Below are positions 13,504 to 27,604 of a stretch of DNA of 64,000 bases, one piece after another. Position 1 is the first letter of the stretch; each line of letters begins with the position of its first letter. Origin of the DNA: Eledone cirrhosa (Eukaryota); contig OZ024750.1 in the NCBI GenBank assembly GCA_964016885.1, positions 20,584,001-20,648,000 on the forward strand, given 5' to 3'. The notes beneath the pieces are model-generated. The model did no database searches, had not been told where the DNA came from, and saw only the letters and a program-made list of their open reading frames with translations. A program made the translations under genes and the position numbers.

Positions 13504-15589
13504 CATATTGAACGTTTGGATACATTGATGTCAAATTTTGAATAATATATTCCTTGTGTCTGTTAACATTTTTGATAACACAACGTATGGAGCTGAACAA
13601 TCAACAATTAATGGGTCCATCAACCTGTGCGAGGCTTATCAGCATTATTAGTTTCAGGTCACTGTAAAACCCTCCGAGAATATCATTAAGAGATATCTTT
13701 CTATTTCACTCGAGCTGATCCCCGCATATCTCTAGAGTTTAAAGCTACTTGGAACAGCAGTGAATGAACTCTTTAGTTGAACATCAAGGTGCATAGAAGT
13801 GGAAATAAATAGATCCATAATCAGGGAATTGGCGTAAACATATTACAGCAATAGGAGGCATAAGTGTTTTCGATAGCTAGAATAAAAGAGGTGACCATCA
13901 CTATAAACGATAATGAACTTGAGTGAAAGTAATATAGAAAAGGATGCATGGGTGTTTATGTAAGCTAGAACAATAGCTGTTCAGAAGTACTCCAACGGAT
14001 AGGAGATTCAGGTAATTATAATACTGAAAAAGCATCCAGATGTGTTTTCGAATACAAGCACAATAGTTAAGGCGGTGAATTGTCACCATTGTTCAGCTCG
14101 TCGGATAAAAAATGAATCGTTGTTTTTTTTCTGCCGGACTACACACTGTAACAAAATCAATTTCGTCTTTCATCATTTCGGGGTTAAAAAAATAAAATAT
14201 CAGGCGAGTACTGACGTCGGTTCTTCACATATCCATATTTCTCTCTCTCTCTCTCTCTCTCTGTGGAAAGAATCGGCTGTGCTTAGACCTGCACTTCACC
14301 AGCTTTATGACGACCAGCACTTGCTGTTTATCAAGTCGCTTCTTATATACATCCAAATGGAGTTAAAGATCCTTTTTTGTTTCTTTTCACAATAGCTGTT
14401 CAGAATTAATCCCAAATATTTCTTTACGTGGACGCTAACTCTGCAAGCGTTATTAAACTAAATATGCTTTGATTATGAACAATTATGTTATTATCATTTT
14501 CGACATGGTTGAACAAGAAATACCTACCAGTCGGAATTCACAGAACGATGGACCTCCACAACTCTCGATTAAGTACCGCAACTCCATTTTCATTGATGGT
14601 AATTCCATTAGAATGCAGTGAGATTATTCGAGAAGATTCGTCCTGTCGATTTCCACAAGAAGAGGGAGGAAATGATCTCATCTATTAGTAATCTTATTGG
14701 CTTCCAATAAGGTTGTTATAATTCCCTCCCCTAATCGTTTCTGGCATAGACGCATAGATATTGGCTTCAGTATTGTATATATGTATATTTGTTGTAGAGC
14801 GGCATGCCCTCTCCCCTATATGTTGTGTGCTCTGCAAAGGAAGCTGGTGTTTGACCCATTTAGTAGGTGTTGTAGAACAGTGGTTAATGTCCAATGATCA
14901 ATTCCAAATATCAAGAAATGATGGATTATGTTATAATTCGAGGTATTTGAATTTTAGTCAACGTCATGTAGTTTGTCAGTAAATATAACAAGCCTACTTG
15001 CAGTTTGCATCTATCAATCCGAATGATCATCCATTAGTAATCCATTAGTAATCTTGTTATAATTCCCTCCCCTAAAAATTTCGATATTTCGTGATAAAGT
15101 CAAATCTCTATTTCGAAGGCACTCGGACGGATTGAAAATAGCCTGTCTTGTCTCACACTGAAGCTCCCCGTGATTTTCGATAAGCGTGAAAGTGTCCCAG
15201 GAGACACCATCCTCTTGTTAATTTCCATGAGCAGCCCGTTTCGTGGCTCACATTATCCTCGGACAGGCCCATGACTTCTGTGTGAAAGTGGATAGACGGA
15301 GACTTTCGAAACCTATTGAATGGACTCTGTCTGGGACTACGTAGTTGTTACATACTATGTCCTGCTGAAGCACGTGGCTCATCTGAGGCTGAGCTACTTA
15401 ATGTTTAATCTCATGAGCAGGCTCTTCTGTTGAATGAATAAAAACATACAATGCCGACTCCGACAGTTGTCCATTCCATTCCATTTTATATGATATTCTT
15501 TTTTCATTTGGTAAGTTCACATATGATTTCAACTGTATTTATTTCCAACATTTCACGTTCAGTTTTTGAATCTCTTTATGTTTTGAGTT

Positions 15590-16060
15590 CGGCTTTTTGC
15601 ATATTAGTGTTGTATATGAGCGTGTTATTATTTCATTGAATCAATGTTTATCAACCCTTTTTCTACAGATATCATCATGATATTGAAATCTAATGTTACA
15701 TGCCATGTATACAAGGCCATTTTCACGGCCTTCATCTAGCAATCCTTTTTGAAGATATAGTCCTTTATCGTGGCAAACCCATCATCATAAATGTCCTTTC
15801 AAGAAAATTCTATATGATAAAACCTAGAGGAAATGAATGCAGAACCATAGCATAATTAATTACTAAAATACTTAAGATAACAACGCTGCATCCATGAGCA
15901 ACCTATGTTTGTGTACACATTTGCATCCAACCAGATATGGCTATTGATATAGTTAGTTAATGCACATGTTTTTCTATCTGGGGCCGGATATGTATTGCCA
16001 TTCTTTCAGCTAGTTGACAATATTGCATAGATTCTGACATATGCGTCTTCCTTTCTATCT
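15590..16060 (+). pseudogene. Decayed Ty1/copia-like reverse transcriptase fragment
   Basis: ILVLYMSVLL (compare ILVLYVDDIL) followed by ASMSNL...HICIQPDMAI (compare SAVGSLMY..VCTRPDIA); many stops and frameshifts. Confidence 0.35.
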
Positions 16061-16589
16061 ATATATCAAACATCTAACTCAATATTAATTCTCATCTTCG
16101 TGTATGATCTGAAAGAAGAAATGAAGATCGTTCATATGTTTATATATTACTGATTCAATTCCCATTTCATCATCCCTATGATATATTGCCTCTCAAAGAA
16201 TAGTAACATCAAATATTCTAGGTATTATAAATCATTACCAGCTAAAAGGTTGGCGATTGAACCCGTGATTTCTTTTCACGATAGTATAATGTATCTTATC
16301 CTCTGTATCAGCGCAGTATCTTTTATGAATAATAGTTTCCAGGTTTTATTTTAATCGTTTATTCAGAGTAGGAAAGCTAGCATCCATAAGCATTTTCTCT
16401 TGGCACTCTGTGATTTAGAGGAGGTAGTAATGAATAGAACGATTGGATTTCTGCTATAAGCATTCAATAAGGGTGATAAAAGTAAAACGAACAGTGAATG
16501 AAATATTCCACCTCTGAACCAAACAGACAAAGATTCCTTTACAATGACTGCAAAATATGTCAAATTTTCGGATCGAAGCCGAGAGGATT

Positions 16590-16765
16590 AAATCGATAAA
16601 ATCGACCACAGTACGTCAATAGTGCATTATTTTATTGACTTCGTAAGAATGAAAAAACAAATTAACCTCGGCGTGATTTGAACTCAGAACTTAAAGAGAT
16701 TTAGCAATACGGCGTAAAGCCTGCTATCCACAACGTACTACCGATACTGCCAATCCCACGCCCGT
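16590..16765 (-). mobile_element. Diverged family S SINE
   Basis: ttaacctcggcgtgatttgaactcaga...taccgatactgccaatcc. Confidence 0.8.
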
Positions 16766-17132
16766 TCAGTAAAGGATAATATTTGCCGGTCACAAATGGT
16801 ACGTTGCTCAAGAACACAAAATATCCAGTGCCTAGTAATAGCAATGAACTCAACACTAGATTATGTGTTACTTACATTTGATTGATATTGTACACTCTTC
16901 TGTGAATCTAATCTTTACCAATTATTTCTCTTAAATGGTGTTCTGAATCTATAAAAATGAATATATAGGAGGTATCACCAATATAATAGCCTAAAATATA
17001 AATCGGTCGATATCGCTTCAAAATTTGGGCATTGTGGTTGTCAAGTATTAGGAAATGTTTGGATAGTCAAACAGAACTTGAACCGTTAAGGTCTGATTCC
17101 TGGGTATGTCACTATTTATAAAACAAACTTTG

Positions 17133-17193
17133 TATTTTATCTAATGAGAGCGTACCAAAGTTGGGACCCTTGAAATATATATATAATAGAATA
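17133..17193 (+). ncRNA. Family C hammerhead, inactive variant (core CTAATGA)
   Basis: tattttat CTAATGA gagcgtacca aagt tgggaccctt GAAA tatatata TA atagaata; stems retained with compensatory changes relative to 19109-19173. Confidence 0.6.
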
Positions 17194-17234
17194 AATATAG
17201 TTTTATAAAGATAGTTTCCATTTATTAATATCAT

Positions 17235-17289
<55 letters not shown>

Positions 17290-18521
17290 GAGAGAGAGAG
17301 AGAGAGAGAGAGGGGCTAGTGGGAAAGGGAGAGTGTACGAATCGACCTCTTTGCTTGGCTGTGAATGTATTTATCGACCTCGGAAATATATAGTTAGAAA
17401 CTATTATATTGTAGTTATCTTCATTGTGGTGTATGTATTTTCAAATTATTTTTTTTTCCCCTTATTATAAGTTAATTACACGTAGAGCATGAAGTGTAAT
17501 CACTGAAATCCAACGAACATGTTCATTTATTATGAAGATTTAATTGTGCAATAAATTTTACTGCATCTCTGGCTTACAATTAACCCTTCTTCATGCCATA
17601 CAATTAGTTTGTTTGACGTAACGTTTCATTTTACATTTTATTGACTTGAAACATGCTTACTCTGGAAATAGAACAGTTTGAGTTAAATAGGTAGAGGGTA
17701 GACTGTTCAAAGTGATGGGGTATGGTATAGATTTAAAGAGGAAAAAGAGAGAATAAAGAGAGAGGGGTATATCAGAGAGAGAAAGAAAAAGATAAGGAAA
17801 GAGGAAACGATACCGAAAGAGTGTGTGTGGGGGAAGGATAAGTATATATAGAGAAAGAAAGACAGAGAGAGAGAGAAAGAAAACCGGAAAACAGAGAGCC
17901 TATGAGAGAGAGGGAATGAGACAGCCAGCCAGACAGACTGTGGTGTGGGGGAGAAGTGTGTATCCACTTTATTTGCTGTTCTCAAACGTATGTTAGGGTT
18001 AAGGAAAGGATGCTGCCAATTCCGCTATAGTATGTTGCCGCAAAATGTCACACCACGGCACAGACAAATGCTCAGAGTTGGACAAATTATAGTTCCCATT
18101 CTATTGGATATCATAGCAAGCCCTTTAACAATTGTTAATTTTCGAAATCTCTAATACGGACAACCAAATGTTGTTTAAACATATGTTCCTTCTGGTATAA
18201 ACATATAAGTATAGAAAATATAAATCATATTTGCAAAATCGAGTGTTGCAAAGATCTTCCAACAAATTGGGTGTGCATGCATAAAGTCTTATTCTTTCAC
18301 TCTCTTTCTATCTCTCTCACCCCCTCTTTGTCTCTCTCTCTCTCTATCTATCTATATATCTGTCTCTCATTCTTTATCTCCCAAAAACAAACACATGCCT
18401 GTGCACACACATGTAAATGTCGGTTACATATAGCCTCCCATGCTTTAATGCTCGGTGCTACACATACACACTCAATCTGAATACTTGATTCATAATTCAA
18501 TTGTGCAAACGCCATGTAGCT

Positions 18522-18643
18522 AATATATTAAAAATTGGAATTTAAACATTATAAAATATATATATTGCTAGAGAGATTATCTATCGCATCTCTCTAGCAA
18601 TATATATATTTTATAATGTTTAAATTCCAATGTTTAATATATT
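18522..18643. repeat. 56-bp-arm inverted repeat with 10-nt loop
   Basis: aatatattaaaaattggaatttaaacattataaaatatatatattgctagagagat / atctctctagcaatatatatattttataatgtttaaattccaatgtttaatatatt; 1 mismatch. Confidence 0.9.
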
Positions 18644-19084
18644 GATCTCAATTTTAAACTAAATATCTAATCATAATTAAACAATGTGTAATTTCTCATA
18701 TTATATATCTATATTCCATTCATGAATATTAATATTTCTAATTTTATTTATGCTTTTCATCCCAATTGTTAACTCAACTTAATATGACATAACTTAAGGC
18801 TTTCGTTCTCTCCCCCCTCTCTCTATCTCTATATATCTCTCTCTGCATTTTTTTCTCTGTCTGATGGTTTGATATCTCCCCGTTATTTTTCCTCTGTTCT
18901 CTTTTCTTTTTGTTTTCTTCGTTTTCTTTATCTATCTCTCCCTTTCTTTTCTCCACGTTTCTCTCTCTCTCTCCCTCCATCTTTTTACTTACTCTTAACA
19001 CTATGACTTACTAAAGTAAACAAATCACTATCCTGATGGCCTCCAAAAACAACGGTCAATTTTTAAAAGGGGTACGTCAATGTC

Positions 19085-19337
19085 TATTTATAAAACTGTT
19101 ATATATTGTATTTTGTCTGATGAAGGCATACCATAATGTAACTTGGTATCCTTGAAATATATATAATGAAATAAATATGGTTTTATAAATATAGTTTCCA
19201 TTTATTAATATCGTATATCTACTCCAAATATTTGTCGAGTGCTTTATATCAGTTATAAAAATATTTGCGTGTTGTATCCCAACAATTTAAATAAAACTTT
19301 GCGTGTTGTATCCCAACAATTTAAATAAAACTTTTGC
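19085..19337 (+). mobile_element. Family C element (Penelope-like pseudo-LTR) ending in (TA)n
   Basis: Homologous to 17115-17233 and 62615-63011; contains hammerhead; terminal 34-bp tandem duplication at 19264-19331. Confidence 0.8.
19109..19173 (+). ncRNA. Minimal type I hammerhead ribozyme (dimeric type)
   Basis: Stem I tattttgt/atgaaata; CTGATGA 19117-19123; stem II aggcatacca/tggtatcctt; GAAA 19154-19157; palindromic stem III tatata; cleavage triplet AUA. Confidence 0.8.
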
Positions 19338-19551
19338 ATATATATATATATATATATTTTTGTTTTACATTCTGTAAACGAGGTCCCGCCATTGGTCGAT
19401 TTTATTATTACTTTTGCCTCTTGATTCATATGTTGAAAAGTTTCAATCTTCTGGATCGAATTGTGATTCTGTCCTCTGAATCAATTGTAAACAAATAAAC
19501 ATTTGTTCATGAATTTGATTGCTTATTCTCCTACTATAATTATATATATAT

Positions 19552-19670
19552 ATTGTTTTGACTTTTGGCACAAGGCCAGCAATTACCCAATGCATTACTG
19601 GTACATTATTCTATCGACCCCGGAAGGATGAAAGGCAAAGTTAACCTCGGCGGGATTTGAACTCAGATCA
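19552..19670 (-). mobile_element. Family S SINE, 5'-truncated
   Basis: ggcacaaggccagcaattaccc...ttaacctcggcgggatttgaactcaga. Confidence 0.85.
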
Positions 19671-20441
19671 TACAGGGTGTGTGTGTGTGTGTGTGATCCC
19701 GCCCCCACTTGTGTGTATTAGACATTTGTTTTTTTCAAAGATGTTTGTTCCATATGATGAAAAATCAAAGCAGTCTGCTCAAAGGTTAACGTACATATGT
19801 TTGAGCATTTCACAGACACATGCATAACTTTATAGTGTTTCGCAGGGTGCTTCTGCATGCCACATGGCATGACATGTTCAATTCATTTTTAGTCCAACTG
19901 GTGAAATAAAGCCGTTTTTCTGAAGTACACCACGCACCACCGGAAAATGAAATCACACCATTACAAATTTGGCCGAACGAACTAATCACAAAATGCAACA
20001 CGAACAACACAAACAGCAATAAATATGATTATATGCACAATAAACAAGTTTTTATTTTCAATGTCAGTGATTTCGTAGTAATAAATCACGACCAGCTCAA
20101 GTACTACGACAAAACACAGATGCTTATAATATGAATAATGTATTTAGAAGTGCCACTAGAGTGAACCGTTTAATATATGTATCAGAGTTCTACTTGAACA
20201 ATCTATAAAATGGTAAATGTTCACTGAATGGAATAAAACAATTTCCGCTGACAGAAGTCAAAGGCAAATCTAGGATCTTATTTCATTGTTGAAGACATTC
20301 TATGACAGAAAGGCTTTCGAGTGTAAAACCTAAAATCGTTCTCTATGTTGTTGACTTTCATCTAATCTTAGGCTTGTTTTGCCTTCCGATCTACCAGGGT
20401 AGATGAAATAATTATAAGGCGCTTCATCGGAATGTAATTGA

Positions 20442-20512
<71 letters not shown>

Positions 20513-21414
20513 TGTGTGTGTGTTTATGTGTGTGTAATAAATGCATCCCCACTTATATATATATACACACACACACATATATATATATATATACACATGC
20601 GTGTTGATTTATTCTATTCTCTTTCTCACAACATGCCTGCAGTGTCATGTAGAATCTGTCGTGTCATTACACCAATGTACATAAACCATTTCTTCAAATA
20701 TGACATTTCATTACGTATACGCTTGACAACATACAGAAATATTAAACCTGACTACTCAGCATATTGTTAGGTTAGGAGCAGCTATATAAAATCCCCCTTT
20801 GTTACTTGAAGTGTTCTTTTAATCCCGTGTTATGTCCAGTTCCAGTACTAAGCAAATATAATTCCAATAATTTAATGGTGAGTATTCTATTCTGAGATAT
20901 ATTGAACTCCTTGTTCAATGTCAAATATAACGTGTTCTAATTTTAACACATGACCAGCATTTTGAGGGGGAGGGGATGTTTATACACTGATTTCCGTACT
21001 TGTAGAGTACTTTTTTTTACCACCACTGAAAGGTATTAGACGGATTTTATCTCACCACCATCTGAAATAAGAAAATATAGTACCGAATGTTTTCTTTTTC
21101 GTTGAATATTTCAAGTCCGCTCAACGAAACAAGTATCCGTGCGCTCTCCGTGTTATAGCTTCGTTTCAGTATTGGATATCAAAATACACGCACTCACATA
21201 CACGCATGCATATATATATATATATATATATATAATATGCAAGCACTCATGCGCGTACGCAACCACACGTGCACGTACATACATACACACATGCGCGCGC
21301 GCGCGCGTACGCATATACACATGCACCCGCATATACGCACACACACACACATATGTGTATATATATGCATGCACATACACGCGTACACAAACACAAATAC
21401 ACGCACGCACACTC

Positions 21415-21480
<66 letters not shown>

Positions 21481-22929
21481 TGTATATATACATATACATA
21501 CTGGTTCTTTGATTTATCCATATTACAACTGTTGGCCTCTGCCAATTATAGAAATGTTATACAATAGGTTCAAGACTTTCCCACGATATTCTTTCATCCG
21601 CCATATTTGTTTAGTTATTCTGCCATTCCTAACTTGCTGTGGATTTTATATAAACCGATATTCAGAACTTACAGGTCTTCCTGTGTTTTCTCCTTTGGCA
21701 TTGAGTATTCTATTGATCTGATATACATCTCTGTATGAGGCTTACCGGTTGCGGCTCCATAATACCTTCCACAAACCCAAGCTGTGTTAGGTTTACAGGT
21801 ATATTACATAACAGATATTTTGAGGTATATTGAAATTATAGCTGTATTATAGAAACTACAAATTAATATCACTACAATCATTCATTTTCCGTGTACCACC
21901 TCAACTCTCTCTTACTTTCACTCTCTCTCTCTCTCTCACACTCTCTCTCTCTCTCTCTCTCTCTCTGTATATATATATATATATATGCGTGTGTGTTTAT
22001 TAAAAACGGAGTTACTGAATCACGTTAAGCACATTTCACTTCATGTACCTAAAATTAAAGTACATTTAAATGCAACGAGAATAATTGCTAATATAGGTTT
22101 ATTTAAGAGTTTCAGATGCCTGTAAAATAAAAATAAAAAAATGTAATTTTTTCTCCGTGTGCTAATCAATTAGCGAAGTTTATTACTCATATATATATGT
22201 ATGTGCGTGTGTATGTGTTTCAGTGGATATATATATAATGAAATGTGCGCTATCAACCGACGTGATTGATCAAGTTACATCTGAATATTTAAGGGAGTGT
22301 AACCTAGACTGCATCACCGTGTAGGGATGTATATACACATATTTAATTTGGAGGCATGTAAACATACCAGAAAATAAGAATTTCCCAGTTAATAAAAAAA
22401 ATAATATTATTCTTTAATTCATTTTTTTAGGATCATATTGAACCCTCATACCCTTCGGCTTTAACCGTAGTGTCAATGTATACAGTATTTATCAAGCCGA
22501 ACGACAATTATAAGGAAATGAGTATGTTCATTGAAGAATAATACTAAGATGTAATACGTAGATATACCCATCGAATGCATGTTTCCTTGTGGTCGTTCGT
22601 ATGGCATACGTCTTCAGATGAGAATCCAATAAGATCCGAAAACTTTTAAACATGTTCAACATTTGTTTAAATGAACACGGGGATTCACATATATATATAT
22701 GTAGACAATTATAGACGACGGTACAATGGTACAATATCGTTTGCATATTTTGTATTTATAGATATATATATATATATATATTCCTTTGACATCTCTTAGA
22801 AAAAAAAAATGAAGAAGTTTCGAGAGAACCCCGGTGTCCATTTCTTTTATTTTATTTTAAATAAAATTAATAAAATTAATTTTATTTTGAAAGTAGGTTT
22901 TTAAATATTAATTTTCAGTAGATCTTTGT

Positions 22930-23000
22930 AGCAGTCTCGGTGGCTTAGTGGAATATACCAGAGTTACAGAGATCCTGGTTTGAACACTTACTCACCACCA
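22930..23000 (+). mobile_element. tRNA-like SINE head remnant
   Basis: A-box tggcttagtgg and B-box-like ggtttgaacac; no complete cloverleaf. Confidence 0.35.
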
Positions 23001-23257
23001 CCACTAGCATACTCTCTAGTTACATGCTCTCACTTATCCTTATTTATTTCTTTATATTTTCCTTACTTTCTTAATGTATTTTTAATATATTTTGTTACAT
23101 TTTTAATGTAATTTTTCTGATCTTTTACTTTTTACTTTTTACATCTGTAACTTCTTTACCTATTTATCATATATATTTTATTATTGATGTTATTGTTTTG
23201 ATTATACGCTATTCCTCTATATATATCTTGCCTCGAGCGAATTATTTTTGTATTTTT

Positions 23258-23368
23258 GTATCCTGATGTATTGGTCAGAGGTAAATAATGTAATGGAGAT
23301 CGAGTTACACAACTTCAAGCGATTAGCGACGTCTAGACTCACCTGATCAATGAAACAATTGTCAATAC
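23258..23368 (+). ncRNA. Hammerhead ribozyme with extended stem II and one core substitution
   Basis: gtatc CTGATGT attggtcag...ctgatcaat GAAA caattg TC aatac; palindromic stem III, GUC site; element runs into (TA)n near 23423. Confidence 0.65.
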
Positions 23369-23418
23369 CTGAAATAAAGCCCCTTGTTTTACAGCCAACC
23401 ATGTTACTCTTCATTCTT

Positions 23419-23461
<43 letters not shown>

Positions 23462-23466
23462 ATTTA

Positions 23467-23514
<48 letters not shown>

Positions 23515-23970
23515 TAAGATAGTAAGAGAGAAAAAGCATGTATGTTTAGAAAGTGGTGTATATGTCCATCATTTTCAGTGCATTGGACTTATACGCCCGG
23601 TATTAAAACTATTTTATTTACTCAAAAATACGATGAAATCTTCTAATTCTAATTAAACGTATATATATATATATATATATATGAATGTATACAGAGAGAG
23701 AGAGAGGTAGGGTAGGGAAGAGATCAATCAGACAGATGCATACATACATCGATATAGATATAGATATATTCAATCAGGCCTCCGGCAAATTACGTAACAT
23801 CGTACCGTATATTCCAATAATGAAATTAGTCTCTAGAAGAAATATCTTAATTAATATGTGATGCTTACTGCTTATCTATTAATTTCCTTAACTAATTGAC
23901 GGTCACAACTTATATGCATACATACACACAAAGACAGACAGACAGACCCGTATATATATATATAAGTATA

Positions 23971-24033
<63 letters not shown>

Positions 24034-24575
24034 CTGCACTTTGCTTAATTGGTTCTACAGGATGGCCAACTTATTATATATACATATAAAGATAGATAGA
24101 CCGAGAGACACACATACACACATACATACATGCATACACATATTCACTCATGAATACATACACACGTGTTGAGATAACCCGAAAGTTCTGACAAGCAACG
24201 GTCATATTCATATGAACAGGGCAATACGCCATCTCTAAATGAAAGTTAAATAGCGATTCAGAAATTTAACATTAGTCCAGCAGAATTTGAGGATCAGATC
24301 TACCCGACAACAACTCCAAACCACCTTGTGTAGAAGCTTATCTATAGAATAATCTGACTACATGAGCCGGATAACATCATGAGAGCTGAGAAAGAGTTCC
24401 TTGAGAAATACTCGCTGCATCACATGCCCTGGGAAATTGAAAATCATACGTGTATTAGAGTGGAATTGATGAAAGGCAAATTTGACTTTAGCGGGATTTG
24501 TATCAGAGAGCAGAGCACCGAAACGAATGCTGCATAGATTTCTGCCTGCCATACTAACGACCCTGCAATATTGCG

Positions 24576-24629
<54 letters not shown>

Positions 24630-25524
24630 AATGTATTGTTTTTTTTTTTGGCGGTAATTTTCTTCCTCATTTTTGAATCAGTTTGAGAATTTCTTTAGAA
24701 CTGCTAGAATAGCTACCTCAAGCACTGATGGTGATTATCGCTAAATACTGATGTTGATTTGGTTATCAATATTAGTATTATTGGGCACCCGCTGAGGAAT
24801 TATAAGAGCCCACTTGAATAAGTATCTGTTGATCTTATACAAGCTTCTAGATAAAAGGTATAATTTCACCCAAATTGTAGGAATCTTATAATGAAACGAG
24901 ACGTCTGTCTGGGAAGAGATATATTCGATATATCTCATATGAAATAATACAGCCAATTTTCCACACAATACAATTAGTTAGCACCCCGAACGTTTAATTA
25001 GGAATATACTCACTTATTTCCTTATGTTTGTTGAGTGAGTTGGGATTTGGCCGGAGTATCGCTAAAAGCTTTCTCCGATAATGTATTTATATATATATAG
25101 TTATGCATACTTATATAGATACAAATGTCAATATACCCAAATAAATACACACACACACACACACATACACACATATATATATATATATATGAGAAATAAA
25201 CTTCGCTAATTGAATAGCACACGTAATAAGGAAAAATAATTACATAATTTGTGTTTTTGATTTTCAAGGCATCTGAGACTTTTAAATAAACTTATATTAG
25301 CTTAAGTATTCTCATTGCATTTAAAAGTACTTTAATTTTATGTGATATCATATTTTGTTACCTAACGTCGATGATCCTTATTAAACGTGACTTAAATATA
25401 TGTATTTTTGGAATTTATATCTTTATATATTATTATTGAATGATATATCTAGTACCAGTAACTGAGGTATAACTAAGGTATATGAATACACATACAAACA
25501 CACACACACACATATATATATACT

Positions 25525-25600
<76 letters not shown>

Positions 25601-26174
25601 ATACGATATGCGTCACATTGTCAAGCAATCTGCTGACACATTGAACGGATTTTTACATCAATATTAACATTTTACATTCAAAATTTATGTTGATATTTAT
25701 CTTTGTTTATTTTTGATATTTATTTTTTTTTACTCTAGTATTGTGTTGTAAATTATCATTCTTGAAAGGTATATTTAAAAATATACTTTTTAAGTGGACT
25801 CAGTAGAATTTGTTGAGCTGACATATAAATTCATAAGAGTGACTGTTTATGTGTCTGTGGTCGAGTTGGGTGGGGAATGTTAAACTTTCAACCTAACATA
25901 AATTTACTTTCATCTTTCTGGTGTCGATAATATAACATTCTACTAAATAAATTGGGACAATATAATAAGCTTTCTCTTTCATCAAATTGGTTCCATTGTG
26001 ACTAAATTACAAACCATTTTTAATAATGTCTAAGGCGGATAGTTTGGCACCATCATTAGAGTATCGGAGAAAATGCATTACGGTATATGGTCACGTCTCA
26101 TTTTTACTGTGTTCAAATCTAGCAGAGGTTACATTTCTTCTGTAATCTTTGATATTAAGTGCTAGTCACATAAT

Positions 26175-26351
26175 TGTTTCTACTTTAGGCACAAGGCCAG
26201 CAAATTACCCAGTACATTACTGGTACTTTATTTTATCGACCCCGTAAGGATGAAAGGCAAAGTTAACCTCGGCGGGATTTGAACTCAGACTGTAAAGGGA
26301 CGTAACTATGCTAGAAAGCATGGCGTCCAACCCTCTACCGATACTGCCAAT
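26175..26351 (-). mobile_element. Young family S SINE with 9-bp TSD tcacataat, among older diverged copies (25860-26650)
   Basis: Near-consensus sequence; tcacataat on both sides. Confidence 0.88.
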
Positions 26352-27604
26352 TCACATAATGCGTCGTTTTAATGGACTGCTCCTCCTGTAGTATATGTTC
26401 ATGTGTGTAACGTTGAAACTATCATTATTAACCGGATTGGAAAAAAATGTAAAGGGTCAAACAAGTGTGTAGCATTATTTTCTCGGGCTCTTTATAATCT
26501 GGGTTCAAATTTCAGTGAGGTCAAATGTGCATTTCATTGTTCTAGAGTCGATAAAATAAAGAACATGTAAATTACTGGGTTTGATATAATCGATGTTCCC
26601 CTTCCAAATAAATTTCTGACCTTGTTCCAATACTGGAAAGAAATAATTATTAGAGTCTACTTACTTCGCAGTTTGGCTTAAACTGTTGTTTCTCAAAATA
26701 GTGTTAACAAAGAATGAACTTTACCTAATATATCATATTTATTGCTTTCACTGAAGAGGTAATGTGTTGAAATTGTAAATAGTTCAGGAGGTTACAGAGT
26801 GCAGGGGGTAGAATATGTTATAGATAGGAAGGAGTTCAAGGAAAAAAGAAAAACGTATTTCGAATGGGCTTATTCAGCTGAATAATAAATATTGTATATT
26901 ATTGACTCTTAAGATCAAACAATAAATAGTGATAAACCTTCTTACAAGTTTGATTTTGTTTCCTTCATCGGTTTGCAAAATACAAAGAAATCACAGGCAT
27001 ATAAATAATTTAAAGTAAAGTATGCTTATATAAAAAGATTTCAGGGATTTCTATATATATATGCACTTAAAGAAAATATGCATATATCCACTTTGATAAA
27101 TCCGCCAATGTGCGTACGTTCATAAATATTTTAATAAAAGAAAATATAAATATATGCTAGAGTAGCGTTTTGCTAAATTTGATCGTACTGACAAACACAT
27201 AACTTATCTCTTCACGCTAGGTACACTTTTATAGAAATCTTTTTGTTGAACCAATATAGTACGGGACACATGAACATATATTGGGTTGTCAAGTATGGAA
27301 ATTGTAGAATTTTGTTTCTTACACTTGACGACCTAATATTACCCCCATAATTGCAGCAGCCTAATGAATGTTACCAGTAAATGACCAAATAATATAAGAA
27401 TGTACAATGAATTAGTATAATGATATAATACTGTTATTACTCGTCCCGTATAATCAGTTTTAACTTCAATCACTGTACTTTGCTTTATATATTTAAATTA
27501 GTTATGTTCAGTTTGGCAAATGTATTGAACTCATAAGGTTAGTCCATTGTCGGTTCTGACGTCTGATATTCCAGTTGATCGAACAGAACAGCCTCTATAT
27601 GTGT

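Noticed and set aside
19117-19157. TGATGA/CTGA boxes read as C/D-box snoRNAs
   Set aside because: Order and pairing (CUGANGA-hairpin-GAAA-palindrome-UH closed by stem I) fit hammerheads; there is no C-box...D-box arrangement with a terminal stem
22930-23000. Possible tRNA gene
   Set aside because: Has A/B-box-like motifs but no complete cloverleaf or anticodon arm; treated as a SINE remnant
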